A stretch of 63,510 bases of DNA, the filler included. It is 4 parts of 4 records of this genome, joined end to end, with 100 filler letters (N's around TTAATTAATTAA, not from the genome) between each part and the next. Parts side by side here need not be neighbours in the genome. Positions count along the whole stretch, not along the records: positions 36,093 to 63,510 come from SRR20825010_3005; 3 more parts are not named here. One strand, 5' to 3'. This document shows, one piece after another, positions 40,845 through 49,150 of this stretch (within the stretch, counting starts at the first letter, position 1; each line of letters starts with the position of its first letter). The translations under genes and the position numbers were made by a program. The notes beneath the pieces are model-generated. The model searched no databases, was not told the DNA's origin, and saw only the letters and a list, made by a program, of their open reading frames with translations.

Positions 40845-41241
40845 CTTGAATTAAACAGCGTGCGTCCGAGAGGGAAACGGTAAAGCTGTGCGGGACCGTT
40901 CATAAGCCGGGACCAAAGGTGTCTCGCTAAAATTTAAGCGGATATGACACGTCGCGGCATTTCGCCCCAGTGACCAGCATTAATGATTAATTTTTAATGG
41001 GTTATAAGCATGTTCCCGGGAAAAATTCCCGCATTGCGGACTGTTTCATGCGATGTGTGTAGCGCAAAATAACTTGCGATTGCGCACTTACGTTCTATGT
41101 ATCAGCAACGTTTAGAAATCGCTGTTAAAAGACTGCCTCGCCGCTTTGCCGGTCGGCCTAGTTCGTTATCCGATGTTTTGGGCGTATCTTGGTCTGTTGC
41201 ATAGGGCTACGGACCGCAAATTTGTCATGAAGGGAAAAATC

Positions 41242-41451
41242 ATGACCACTGGCAAAGTTAAATGGTTTAACTCCACCAAAGGCTATGGCTTCATCGAGCC
41301 GGAAGATGGCTCCAAGGATGCATTCCTGCACATCACCGCTCTTGAGCGCGCAGGCATTTCTGGCGTTGATGAAGGTCAGCGCGTCGAGTTCGATCTGGTC
41401 CCGGGCCAGGGCGGCAAGTCGTCTGCCGAAAACGTCAAGCTTATCGACTAA
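41242..41451 (+). CDS. cspA: Cold-shock protein (CspA family)
   Basis: GKVKWFNSTKGYGFI (RNP1) and DAFLHIT (RNP2). Confidence 0.93.
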   Translation: MTTGKVKWFNSTKGYGFIEPEDGSKDAFLHITALERAGISGVDEGQRVEFDLVPGQGGKSSAENVKLID

Positions 41452-41559
41452 CAAGCTCAAGAATGCGGGTAAGGGCGGTTTCTGATCGCCCTTACCTGGA
41501 CTTATATCTCCGGCGTTTGATCTCGATTGATCCGCCATGAACTATTTTCCAAGGTACTT

Positions 41560-41739
41560 ATGAATTTCGAGACTATTTTCCTTACGAACTACGGCCTTCA
41601 GAACTACGTATCCTTTTCCCGCTCAAACGGTGTGAATGTCTTTTCGATCAAGGGCTCAGAGAGCCCGAAAATGGTAAAGCACGCACGAGGCCTCATTTCT
41701 GAAATGTATGGCGGGTCTTCAACAATCGTCGTGAACTAA
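41560..41739 (+). CDS. Hypothetical small protein (59 aa)
   Basis: AAGGT RBS and ATG in an otherwise empty interval. No family recognised. Confidence 0.45.
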   Translation: MNFETIFLTNYGLQNYVSFSRSNGVNVFSIKGSESPKMVKHARGLISEMYGGSSTIVVN

Positions 41740-41764
41740 GCGGCCATACGGCACGCGTCGGCTA

Positions 41765-42202
41765 TTATTCTTCCCGCCTGGGCCCCTCAAGCGCCCAGGC
41801 GGTTGCATCCTCTTTGTGCTTGAAACACTTGAAGTTGTTGCTTTGAAAGATCGTCCCAAAGGCTTTGTCTACAAGCTGGGTGATCCAGTAATTCTCGGTA
41901 ACGATGGCAACGTGCTTTCCCGGATTTCTACCACGTGCATATGCTCGCCATTCCTGCGCGACGGTAAGCAGGCCGTTCCAGCTCCAGTTGCTGGTTGCCT
42001 CATGCTGATTCTTTTCGACGATCACGTTGTACCAGATGATTTCCGGATTGTTCTTCCAGATCAAGGGGACGCGTTTCGTCAGCTCGGTATCGGTGATTCC
42101 CGCGTTCAGGTGAATGAAAAGTAAGTTTCTTTTCTTATCCACGTGCCACGTCAAAGCCTCCGGTTTACCCGGCGGGCTGTCATTCTCTTCGGGTGCCGTC
42201 AT
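41765..42202 (-). CDS. STAS/SEC14 (SpoIIAA-like) domain protein
   Basis: …VAIV…FKCF….ATAW C-terminal pattern. Paralog of 42420-42869. Confidence 0.65.
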   Translation of the reverse strand: MTAPEENDSPPGKPEALTWHVDKKRNLLFIHLNAGITDTELTKRVPLIWKNNPEIIWYNVIVEKNQHEATSNWSWNGLLTVAQEWRAYARGRNPGKHVAIVTENYWITQLVDKAFGTIFQSNNFKCFKHKEDATAWALEGPRREE

Positions 42203-42419
42203 TTGGGCGTTGCTGGAATTCGGTGAGGGCTGGCTAATTCTGCGAGGAATGTGGAGGCTGTCTGCATGAATACCTCTATCAAGTCCGGCCTATCGGAATG
42301 TTACCTACGCAGATACGACATTTGAGGCGCATACGCCAATACCCATAATAAAGAAAATTTCGAATTATCAAATAGCTAAATGATTAACAGGCAGCGGGAG
42401 GCCGCGCTATCGGTCTGCC

Positions 42420-42869
42420 CTAATCCGGGTCTTCAGCTCCAGTGGCCCAGGCAATCGCTATATCCATATCCTTGAAACAACGGAACCTCGATCCGGGAAA
42501 AACGAATGCAAAGGCATTATTGACGATTTGGGTCAGCCAGTAATTTTCCGTGAGGACCGCAACGCGTGACTTGGTCTCGAATCCTTGGGAAAAGTCGGCC
42601 CATCGACGGCCGACCTCCTTCAAGGCTCCCCAGGTCCAGTTATTCCTGATTCCGAGCCTCCTGTAATCGACAACTGTGTCGTACCCAAGGATCTCGGGGT
42701 TTTCCTCCCAGATCCTTGGCACGAAGTTCAGTAGATCATAGTCAGAAAAATCATCTTTGATTTCGATGAAAAGTAACCGCTTCTCCTTGTCTGCCGACCA
42801 GACGAAATGTTGTGTCTCTTCCCGTGCAGCGAGGCGCTGATCGGGTGCGTCCTTTTTGGATATATTCAT
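42420..42869 (-). CDS. STAS/SEC14 (SpoIIAA-like) domain protein
   Basis: TVVDYR…RVAVL…FRCFKDMDIAIAWA. ATGA overlap with the enoyl-CoA hydratase. Confidence 0.7.
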   Translation of the reverse strand: MNISKKDAPDQRLAAREETQHFVWSADKEKRLLFIEIKDDFSDYDLLNFVPRIWEENPEILGYDTVVDYRRLGIRNNWTWGALKEVGRRWADFSQGFETKSRVAVLTENYWLTQIVNNAFAFVFPGSRFRCFKDMDIAIAWATGAEDPD

Positions 42870-43666
42870 GTTGCTGCATCTGGGTACCAGGCGGGCTGCC
42901 GCTTTTCTGCGAAACTCTTGAGGCCTTCGGCTGCTTCATCCGATTGCCGTTTCGCGGCGTGTTGGGCGACCAATTGCTCGAAATAGGCAGGGGCCAAGGT
43001 GATATTCGCATGATCCAGGATGACCTGCTTTGTTTGCGTGATGGCCTCTGGCGCGGACAGCAGCAACTGATCGATCACGGGAGCGGCGGCTTCGTCGAGA
43101 GCACCGGTCGGGCAGACTTCGTGCACCAGACCCATCTCAGCCGCTTTCGCTGCCTTGAACCGCTCGCAGGTGAGGGCGTAGCGACGGACATTGCGCGGGC
43201 CCATCGCGGCATTCAGGTGCGGCACGATGATGCCGGCCATGACGCCCCAGCGCGCTTCAGTGATGGCAAAAATAGCATCCTCGCTGGCGATAACAACGTC
43301 ACAGGCCGCGACAATGCCGACGCCGCCACCGAAACAACCGCCATGCACCAGCGCCACGGTCGGCTTGGGAAAGTCGTTCAGGCCGCAGACGGCGGAAGCT
43401 GTACGGCGCGAGACCTCGACATTTTCTTCCGGAGAGAGAGCGCCGATTGCGTTCAGCCATTTCAGATCGGCGCCAGCCTGGAAATGCTTACCGTTGCCCC
43501 GGAGCACCACAACACGAACGGCATCGTCCGCAGCGCAATTGCCGAAAGCATCGATAAGCCCCTGGATGACGTCGCCGTTATAGGCGTTGTTTACATCGGG
43601 GCGGTTGATCGTGACGGTGGCAACGCCACGCGGGTCTTTGGCGAGCAGGACAACGGGGTCGGACAT
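42866..43666 (-). CDS. Enoyl-CoA hydratase/isomerase family (methylglutaconyl-CoA hydratase-like)
   Basis: INRPDVNNA, FQAGADL, CFGGGVG and ITEARWG. Confidence 0.9.
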   Translation of the reverse strand: MSDPVVLLAKDPRGVATVTINRPDVNNAYNGDVIQGLIDAFGNCAADDAVRVVVLRGNGKHFQAGADLKWLNAIGALSPEENVEVSRRTASAVCGLNDFPKPTVALVHGGCFGGGVGIVAACDVVIASEDAIFAITEARWGVMAGIIVPHLNAAMGPRNVRRYALTCERFKAAKAAEMGLVHEVCPTGALDEAAAPVIDQLLLSAPEAITQTKQVILDHANITLAPAYFEQLVAQHAAKRQSDEAAEGLKSFAEKRQPAWYPDAAT

Positions 43667-43766
43667 GGAAAGGCCTTTTGTCAGCATGGAACGTTACCCC
43701 GGGCGGGGTGATGCAGATTAGGCCGTGTATCTTTTCTGTCCAACCTTGCTAGCGTATTCGGGGCAT

Positions 43767-43807
43767 AAAAAAACCGGAATGGAGTTTCGATCTCCATTCC
43801 GGTTTTT
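43767..43807 (-). terminator. Rho-independent terminator
   Basis: A7-CCGGAATGGAG-loop-CTCCATTCCGG-T5, just past the stop of the small ORF at 43826-43996. Confidence 0.85.
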
Positions 43808-43825
43808 CCTCGCGAGCGCGAAGAT

Positions 43826-43996
43826 TCAGGCTGCTTTTCGCGGAGGTGCGTTATTGTCTCCGATGAGATCGGCGCCATCGCCATGGCGTGCCAGACCTTC
43901 AATCATTTCCTCTGCCGCCGCGAGATAGAACTGGGACCATTTACGCTGGATGTCAGCGAAATAGACCCGCGGCTTGTGAGTGCGTTCGGTGATCAT
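43826..43996 (-). CDS. Unannotated small protein (56 aa)
   Basis: MITERTHKPRVYFADIQRKWSQFYLAAAEEMIEGLARHGDGADLIGDNNAPPRKAA*. GGAAGA RBS and its own terminator. Confidence 0.6.
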   Translation of the reverse strand: MITERTHKPRVYFADIQRKWSQFYLAAAEEMIEGLARHGDGADLIGDNNAPPRKAA

Positions 43997-44221
43997 GATC
44001 TCTTCCGTTCAAGCAAATCCGTTCAGTTTCCGGATATAGGAGATTGTGACGGATAGTAGAAATGAGAATGTTGCAACGCAGCATTGATTCATTCGCATTT
44101 CGTATTTAGTGGCGAGAAACAGGCCGCATTAATGTGTGAAACGCTGCGTTGTGATGCTGGAGTCTCGCTCGCTGGTCGGCTAAGTTCCGGCATCTGGAAA
44201 ACCCGAGAATCCGAGGCTCCC

Positions 44222-44827
44222 TTGAATAGTTCCGACATCAAGTCCCGCATCAAGATGATCCTGGATGCGGAAGCCGCCGCCATCAACGCGATCAAGGTCG
44301 ATGAAAGCTACGAGAAGGCGCTGGATATTCTCCAGAATACGCCGGGCAAGATCATCACCACGGGCATGGGAAAAGCCGGCTTCATCGCGCATAAATTCGC
44401 GGCGATCCTGAGCTCCACCGCATCTCCGGCCTTCTTCATCCATCCGAGCGAGGCCGCGCATGGCGATCTTGGCATGGTCGCGCCGGGGGATTGCATCGTC
44501 GCTTTTTCGACCAGCGGCAAGACCCGGGAAGTGCTGGAGTTCATTGAGCTCAGCCGCCATGTCGATGCGGGCAAGGTCATAGGCATCACCTCGCATCCGG
44601 ATAGCGGGCTGCGGGATTTGTCGGACGTGATTATCGATATGGGTGCGATAAAAGAGCCGTGCCCGCTTGGTCTCACGCCTTCCGCCAGCATGGCGGTGAT
44701 GGCGGCCGTCAGCGATGCGCTGGCACTGGTGCTGATGGAGCGCAAGGGTGTGTCCCGGCATGAATACGGGCTGCGCCATCACGGCGGCTATCTCGGCAAG
44801 CAGGCAAGAACCGATAATATCGAGTAG
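44222..44827 (+). CDS. KpsF/GutQ-type SIS-domain sugar-phosphate isomerase lacking CBS domains
   Basis: TGMGKAG, HPSEAAHGDLG, STSGKT, CPLGLTPSAS and HHGGYLG. Confidence 0.88.
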   Translation: MNSSDIKSRIKMILDAEAAAINAIKVDESYEKALDILQNTPGKIITTGMGKAGFIAHKFAAILSSTASPAFFIHPSEAAHGDLGMVAPGDCIVAFSTSGKTREVLEFIELSRHVDAGKVIGITSHPDSGLRDLSDVIIDMGAIKEPCPLGLTPSASMAVMAAVSDALALVLMERKGVSRHEYGLRHHGGYLGKQARTDNIE

Positions 44828-44929
44828 GGATGTCATAGCGCGCGGTTATTAGAGCGGGGGATTTTACATCCCGTCTTTCCAACCCAAGCGTTTTCTTGAT
44901 AAAGACAGGTAACGTCTTGGAAAACCGCT

Positions 44930-45556
44930 ATGAATGACCGTGCCGCCGACCGCATTATGTTCCAGCTGAAAACCCGGGGTCCGCAAACCATCGGGGATCT
45001 GGGTGCGCATTTCTCCATGACCGGGGAAGCGGCGCGCCAGCATCTGGCGAAACTCGCCGATGCCGGTCTGGTTGTACCCGAGGACAGACGCCAGGGGCGC
45101 GGCCGTCCCCGACGTTACTGGATGCTGACAGATTCCGGACATGCCCGGTTTCCGGACAATCATGCCCAGCTCACCGTTGAGCTGCTCCAGTCCGTCCGGG
45201 AACTGTTCGGGGAAGCGGGTCTCAGTCGCCTGATAGACAAGCGCCGGTCGGAAACCCTGCATGCTTACAGCGTTGAAACCGGAAAAGCCGACAGCTTCGC
45301 GGACAAGCTCGACCGCTTGACAGCAATGCGGGAGCGGGAAGGCTATATGGCGGATTGGTCAGAGGCGGAAGACGGCTCTTTTCTGCTTATCGAGAACCAT
45401 TGCCCGATCTGTGCCGCAGCGGCGGAATGTCAGGGGATTTGCCGGGCTGAACTGGAGCTTTTTCAGGATGTTCTCGGCCCGGATTGCATGGTAGAGCGGA
45501 CCGATCATATTCTTGCGGGCGCGCGTCGCTGCGCCTATCGGATCACGCCTCGATGA
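44930..45556 (+). CDS. HTH transcriptional regulator, SufR-like with C-terminal Cys cluster
   Basis: wHTH with GRGRP, then ENHCPIC….C..IC..EL…RRCAY. Confidence 0.85.
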   Translation: MNDRAADRIMFQLKTRGPQTIGDLGAHFSMTGEAARQHLAKLADAGLVVPEDRRQGRGRPRRYWMLTDSGHARFPDNHAQLTVELLQSVRELFGEAGLSRLIDKRRSETLHAYSVETGKADSFADKLDRLTAMREREGYMADWSEAEDGSFLLIENHCPICAAAAECQGICRAELELFQDVLGPDCMVERTDHILAGARRCAYRITPR

Positions 45557-45810
45557 ATCGCATTGACCGGAAAAAGGTTTCCGCGCTGGTTGGCCTGCGC
45601 AAGCGGGCTCCCATTGGGATCGGGCATAATATGGGCCCGCCGCTCAGCAATGCCTATCATCTGAAATATTGGCGCAAGGCCGTCGCCAAGGCCTGGGAGC
45701 CGCCGCCGGATCGCCTGATCCTGCAGCGCCGGCTGAAAAGGGCGAAAGAACTCGGCATGACCTACCGGGAATACATGCTCGAAATCCTTGAACGCGGGAA
45801 GCATCTTTAA
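45553..45810 (+). CDS. Basic hypothetical protein (85 aa)
   Basis: ATGA overlap with the regulator. GIGHNMGPPL…RAKELGMTYREY motif. Confidence 0.7.
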   Translation: MNRIDRKKVSALVGLRKRAPIGIGHNMGPPLSNAYHLKYWRKAVAKAWEPPPDRLILQRRLKRAKELGMTYREYMLEILERGKHL

Positions 45811-45834
45811 CGCGTCAGAGCGTCCCGCCCGATA

Positions 45835-46602
45835 TCAATTCAAATGGCTCAACAGCTGGTTCGCTCCGTTGGAAATCTGCTCCGGATTGCCGGAATTGTC
45901 GACCAGGACATAGGCTGCGTGCTTGTTAGAGAAGAGGGCGACCGACCGGCCTGCATATTCGAAGGCGGTTGGCGGGTCTTCACGGCTGTCCTTGTCACGG
46001 GCGATAGCGAACAACAGGATCCGTCCGAGCTCCGGTGTATCGAGCGCAATGGCGACTCCCGGCCGTTCGGGCGATGAGACGACCTGTACATCCCGGATGA
46101 TCCAGCCATCGGGTAATGTCGGCAACTCGATACCGAGGGCGCCGACGATTTCGCTGCTGTTCAGGACGGTGCTTTCCGGCTGCGAGACCATCCAATGTCT
46201 CAAATCGAGCGCGGCTTGTGCATCAAGCGCCGTTTCGACAAGCGGGTGACCTTCATTCGATTCTATCGCCTGGTAGGCGATGTGTGTGCCCCAGCCTCCG
46301 GCGAAGAGCACAAGAGCTGCCGCGATCGGTGTGACGCGTCTCAGGACACGCTGGCGCCAGAGCCGGCTCTGCAGATGCCGCGCTTCCGAAAGGAGCTCTG
46401 GGGAGGGCGGGTCGGCCGGTGTGGAAAGCGCGAGCCGAAGCCCTTCCGTGTTACGCGCATCGGCCAGCACTTCAGCCGCCCGCTCGGGGCGTTCGGCCAG
46501 ATAATCTGCCACTTCATAGGCGCGTTCCGGGTCCAGTTGCCCCTGGAGAAGAGACTGGATATCAGCCTCGATGCCGCTGTGATGGTCAGTCTTTTCAGTC
46601 AT
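45835..46602 (-). CDS. Transmembrane anti-sigma factor
   Basis: N-terminal L.GQLDPER..EV..YL anti-sigma domain and a single TM (AAALVLFAGGWG). Overlaps the sigma gene. Confidence 0.85.
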   Translation of the reverse strand: MTEKTDHHSGIEADIQSLLQGQLDPERAYEVADYLAERPERAAEVLADARNTEGLRLALSTPADPPSPELLSEARHLQSRLWRQRVLRRVTPIAAALVLFAGGWGTHIAYQAIESNEGHPLVETALDAQAALDLRHWMVSQPESTVLNSSEIVGALGIELPTLPDGWIIRDVQVVSSPERPGVAIALDTPELGRILLFAIARDKDSREDPPTAFEYAGRSVALFSNKHAAYVLVDNSGNPEQISNGANQLLSHLN

Positions 46603-47131
46603 CTCGCCCTCCTACAATCCTGAAAGAACGTGTTGGTGCATTGCTGCCGCTGCCGGATTCCTCGAACTCTCGCAGTGCGGCCCGGGCACGGCCTACACGC
46701 GACATGACGGTGCCTGGCGGGACATGCAGGATTTCAGCTGCTTCCGTGATCCTGAGGCCCTCAACCGCAATAAGGTGGAGGGCTTCCCGCTGTTCGCTAT
46801 TGAGCGACAGGAATGCTTTCCTGAGCTCTGCAAGCCGGACGGCCATTTCCCCCGACGGCGCGACATATCCGGATTGCAGATCGCTCCAGGCCCGTTCTCG
46901 AGCCGCCGTGCTCAGTCCAGCCCGGCGTTCATCGATGAAGATATTGTGCAGGATCGACATCAGCCAGACGCGAAGATTGGCACCGTCGCGGAAAGTGGCG
47001 CGCCTTTCATGTGCCCGCAGAAAGGTCGACTGGACAAGATCGTCGGCCGCTTCGGCATTGCGGGTCAGGACCCGCGCATAACGGCGCAGAGGATCCAGGT
47101 GTCCAACGATATCAAGCTCATCCTTGCCCAT
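46595..47131 (-). CDS. ECF sigma factor
   Basis: LRRYARVLT…ADDLVQ…WLMSILHN (region 2) and EAAEILHVPPGTVMSRVGRAR (region 4). Confidence 0.93.
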   Translation of the reverse strand: MGKDELDIVGHLDPLRRYARVLTRNAEAADDLVQSTFLRAHERRATFRDGANLRVWLMSILHNIFIDERRAGLSTAARERAWSDLQSGYVAPSGEMAVRLAELRKAFLSLNSEQREALHLIAVEGLRITEAAEILHVPPGTVMSRVGRARAALREFEESGSGSNAPTRSFRIVGGRDD

Positions 47132-47161
47132 GGTCTTTCAATCAATTTCCAACTGAACGGC

Positions 47162-48331
47162 TCATGTCGCCGCTTCGGTGACCGGACTTGGCTCTGGTTT
47201 CGTGCCAGGGTCGTTTTCCCCGATATAGCGGGCATTATCTTTACGGATGCGGGCCGCTGCGTCGTCGTAAAGGAACGGGAGAAAAGCGTAGCGTCGTCCC
47301 CGGGTTACCTTGCTGACCCGGTGCAGCAGTGAGCAGGAGAACACCACGGCACCACCGGGCGGTGCTTTGAAGCTGCGCGGTCCATATTCAGGGAAATTGA
47401 CCTCACCGCCATCAAAATCGTCGTTGAGGTTGACGGAAACGGCAAAGCGCCGATGGGCTGTTCCCTTGGTCGTATTGTCGCGATGCGCTGAGAAATGACC
47501 TCCGTCTTCGGCGGCATAGCAGGACACGACATACCGCTCCATCCGCGTCACCTTGTACTGATGCACCTTTGCGATCTCGGGCATGACGCGGCGTATAAAC
47601 CTCTTCTGCAGTGCTTCAATCAGTTCTCTGTCCGCGAGGTAATGATCCTTGCGCCGTTTGAACTTGGGGTCCGTGATGCCAACCGTGCGCCCGTCGACTT
47701 CCCGCATGAAGCCGCTCTCTTTGCCGCCCTGGGCTTCGTACAAGCCGATCAGGTGCTGGCAAAGATCGGGTTCGAACACCCGGGGCAGATAAAGGATCGG
47801 CGCCATCAGTTCCGGTCCGGCGAAGCATGCCGGCGGGGGGAGGCGATCGAGGATGGCGAAAACCTCGGCGATATCACCATGATCTGCGCGGAAAGGGATG
47901 GCATCGATCACGCGCATTGTCGGATCGATGATCAGCCACTGACGTGACAGCGGAAACGCTCCCAGAATCGGCTGGGCGTTCCTGGGGATGGCGCCATAAA
48001 GCTTCGATACAAGCAGATCGAAATCCCAGAAATGCCGGTAGCCCGGAATCTGGTTGACCACTCTTCTGTTGGCCTCGTCCTCGGGATCGATGCTGACACC
48101 GAAAAACGAAGCGATGCTGTCATTGAAGATATCGGGCCGTTCCAGAGCAGATTTAACGGCTGCTTGTGCATGCGCATCACCAGCGGAGCCATAGAAACAC
48201 AAGACAAGGTAACGTCCTGCCGTGGATTCAAAGGCGTAACGCGGGTTTCCTATGCTGCTCTGAACGAAACCCGGCGCTGAATCGCCGGGTTGTAGCAGTG
48301 TCGTATCCGCAATGTTCAAGGAAAAGGCCAT
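47162..48331 (-). CDS. Peroxiredoxin(AhpC/TSA)-like domain fused to a 2OG-Fe(II) oxygenase
   Basis: N-terminal LQPGDSAPGF…GRYLVLCFY…FGVSID…WDFD…YG. C-terminal HRD…H…R (HFSAHRD, LLHRVSKVTRGRRY). Confidence 0.85.
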   Translation of the reverse strand: MAFSLNIADTTLLQPGDSAPGFVQSSIGNPRYAFESTAGRYLVLCFYGSAGDAHAQAAVKSALERPDIFNDSIASFFGVSIDPEDEANRRVVNQIPGYRHFWDFDLLVSKLYGAIPRNAQPILGAFPLSRQWLIIDPTMRVIDAIPFRADHGDIAEVFAILDRLPPPACFAGPELMAPILYLPRVFEPDLCQHLIGLYEAQGGKESGFMREVDGRTVGITDPKFKRRKDHYLADRELIEALQKRFIRRVMPEIAKVHQYKVTRMERYVVSCYAAEDGGHFSAHRDNTTKGTAHRRFAVSVNLNDDFDGGEVNFPEYGPRSFKAPPGGAVVFSCSLLHRVSKVTRGRRYAFLPFLYDDAAARIRKDNARYIGENDPGTKPEPSPVTEAAT

Positions 48332-48425
48332 GGTGATCGCATCCCGGTTTATTTGAATGGGATACGGAGCCGTCTGTCTGTTTCATCCCGGGAAAAATGG
48401 ATGAGAGCAAAAATGGTTTAGAGCT

Positions 48426-49067
48426 TTATTTCCTGTTGTCGAAGGCCAGGCGTAGCGCCAACCCTACGAACACGGTGCCGAGCAGATATTGCGAGAGATT
48501 TCGGCTCCATTTGCTTCCCGAAAGTATGGAGCCAATACGGCTCGCGGACAGGATGACAAAGCCGTTGATCAAGAATCCAATCATATTCAGGATTGTTGCC
48601 AGCACCATAATCTGGATGGCGACGGAACCCGTTTCCGGCACGATAAATTGCGGGAAGAGCGCCAGGACGAAGATTGCCATTTTGGGGTTCAGAAGGTTGG
48701 TCAGCAGTCCCTGCCGAAACATGGCGGTTGCTGTATGTGCTTTGCGGATGGATGCGCTACCTGCCTGTTCATAGGACGGATCCTTTGCCGTGACGGCCTT
48801 CCATGCCAGATACAGGAGATAGGCCGCACCAGCGTATCGAACCGCATCATAGGCAATTGGAACGGCGAGAAAGAGCTGAGACAGTCCAAACGCGGCGGCC
48901 AGAGCGTGGCAATAGGTACCAGCTGCGATGCCTGACCAGGTTGCGAGCCCCGCGATGCGTCCCTGGGCCGCGCTTCGGGACGCAATGAGCAACATATCGG
49001 GGCCCGGCGATGCCGTGAGTGCAAGCGCCGCGACAGAGAAGAGAAGCAACGTGGTGACATCAGGCAT
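48426..49067 (-). CDS. LysE/RhtB family translocator
   Basis: SPGPD, GAAYLLYLAW and QGLLTNLLNPK. Confidence 0.92.
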   Translation of the reverse strand: MPDVTTLLLFSVAALALTASPGPDMLLIASRSAAQGRIAGLATWSGIAAGTYCHALAAAFGLSQLFLAVPIAYDAVRYAGAAYLLYLAWKAVTAKDPSYEQAGSASIRKAHTATAMFRQGLLTNLLNPKMAIFVLALFPQFIVPETGSVAIQIMVLATILNMIGFLINGFVILSASRIGSILSGSKWSRNLSQYLLGTVFVGLALRLAFDNRK

Positions 49068-49150
49068 CTGAATCAGCCCATTTTAACGAATGGAGATGCC
49101 AATGACTTTAGGATGCCCAAGATTGCTTCGCAATATCGCGATTAGCGACT

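Noticed and set aside
40980..40997. Three TTAA repeats upstream of csp as a CtrA site
   Set aside because: They are spaced N3, not N7. Likely just AT-rich promoter DNA.
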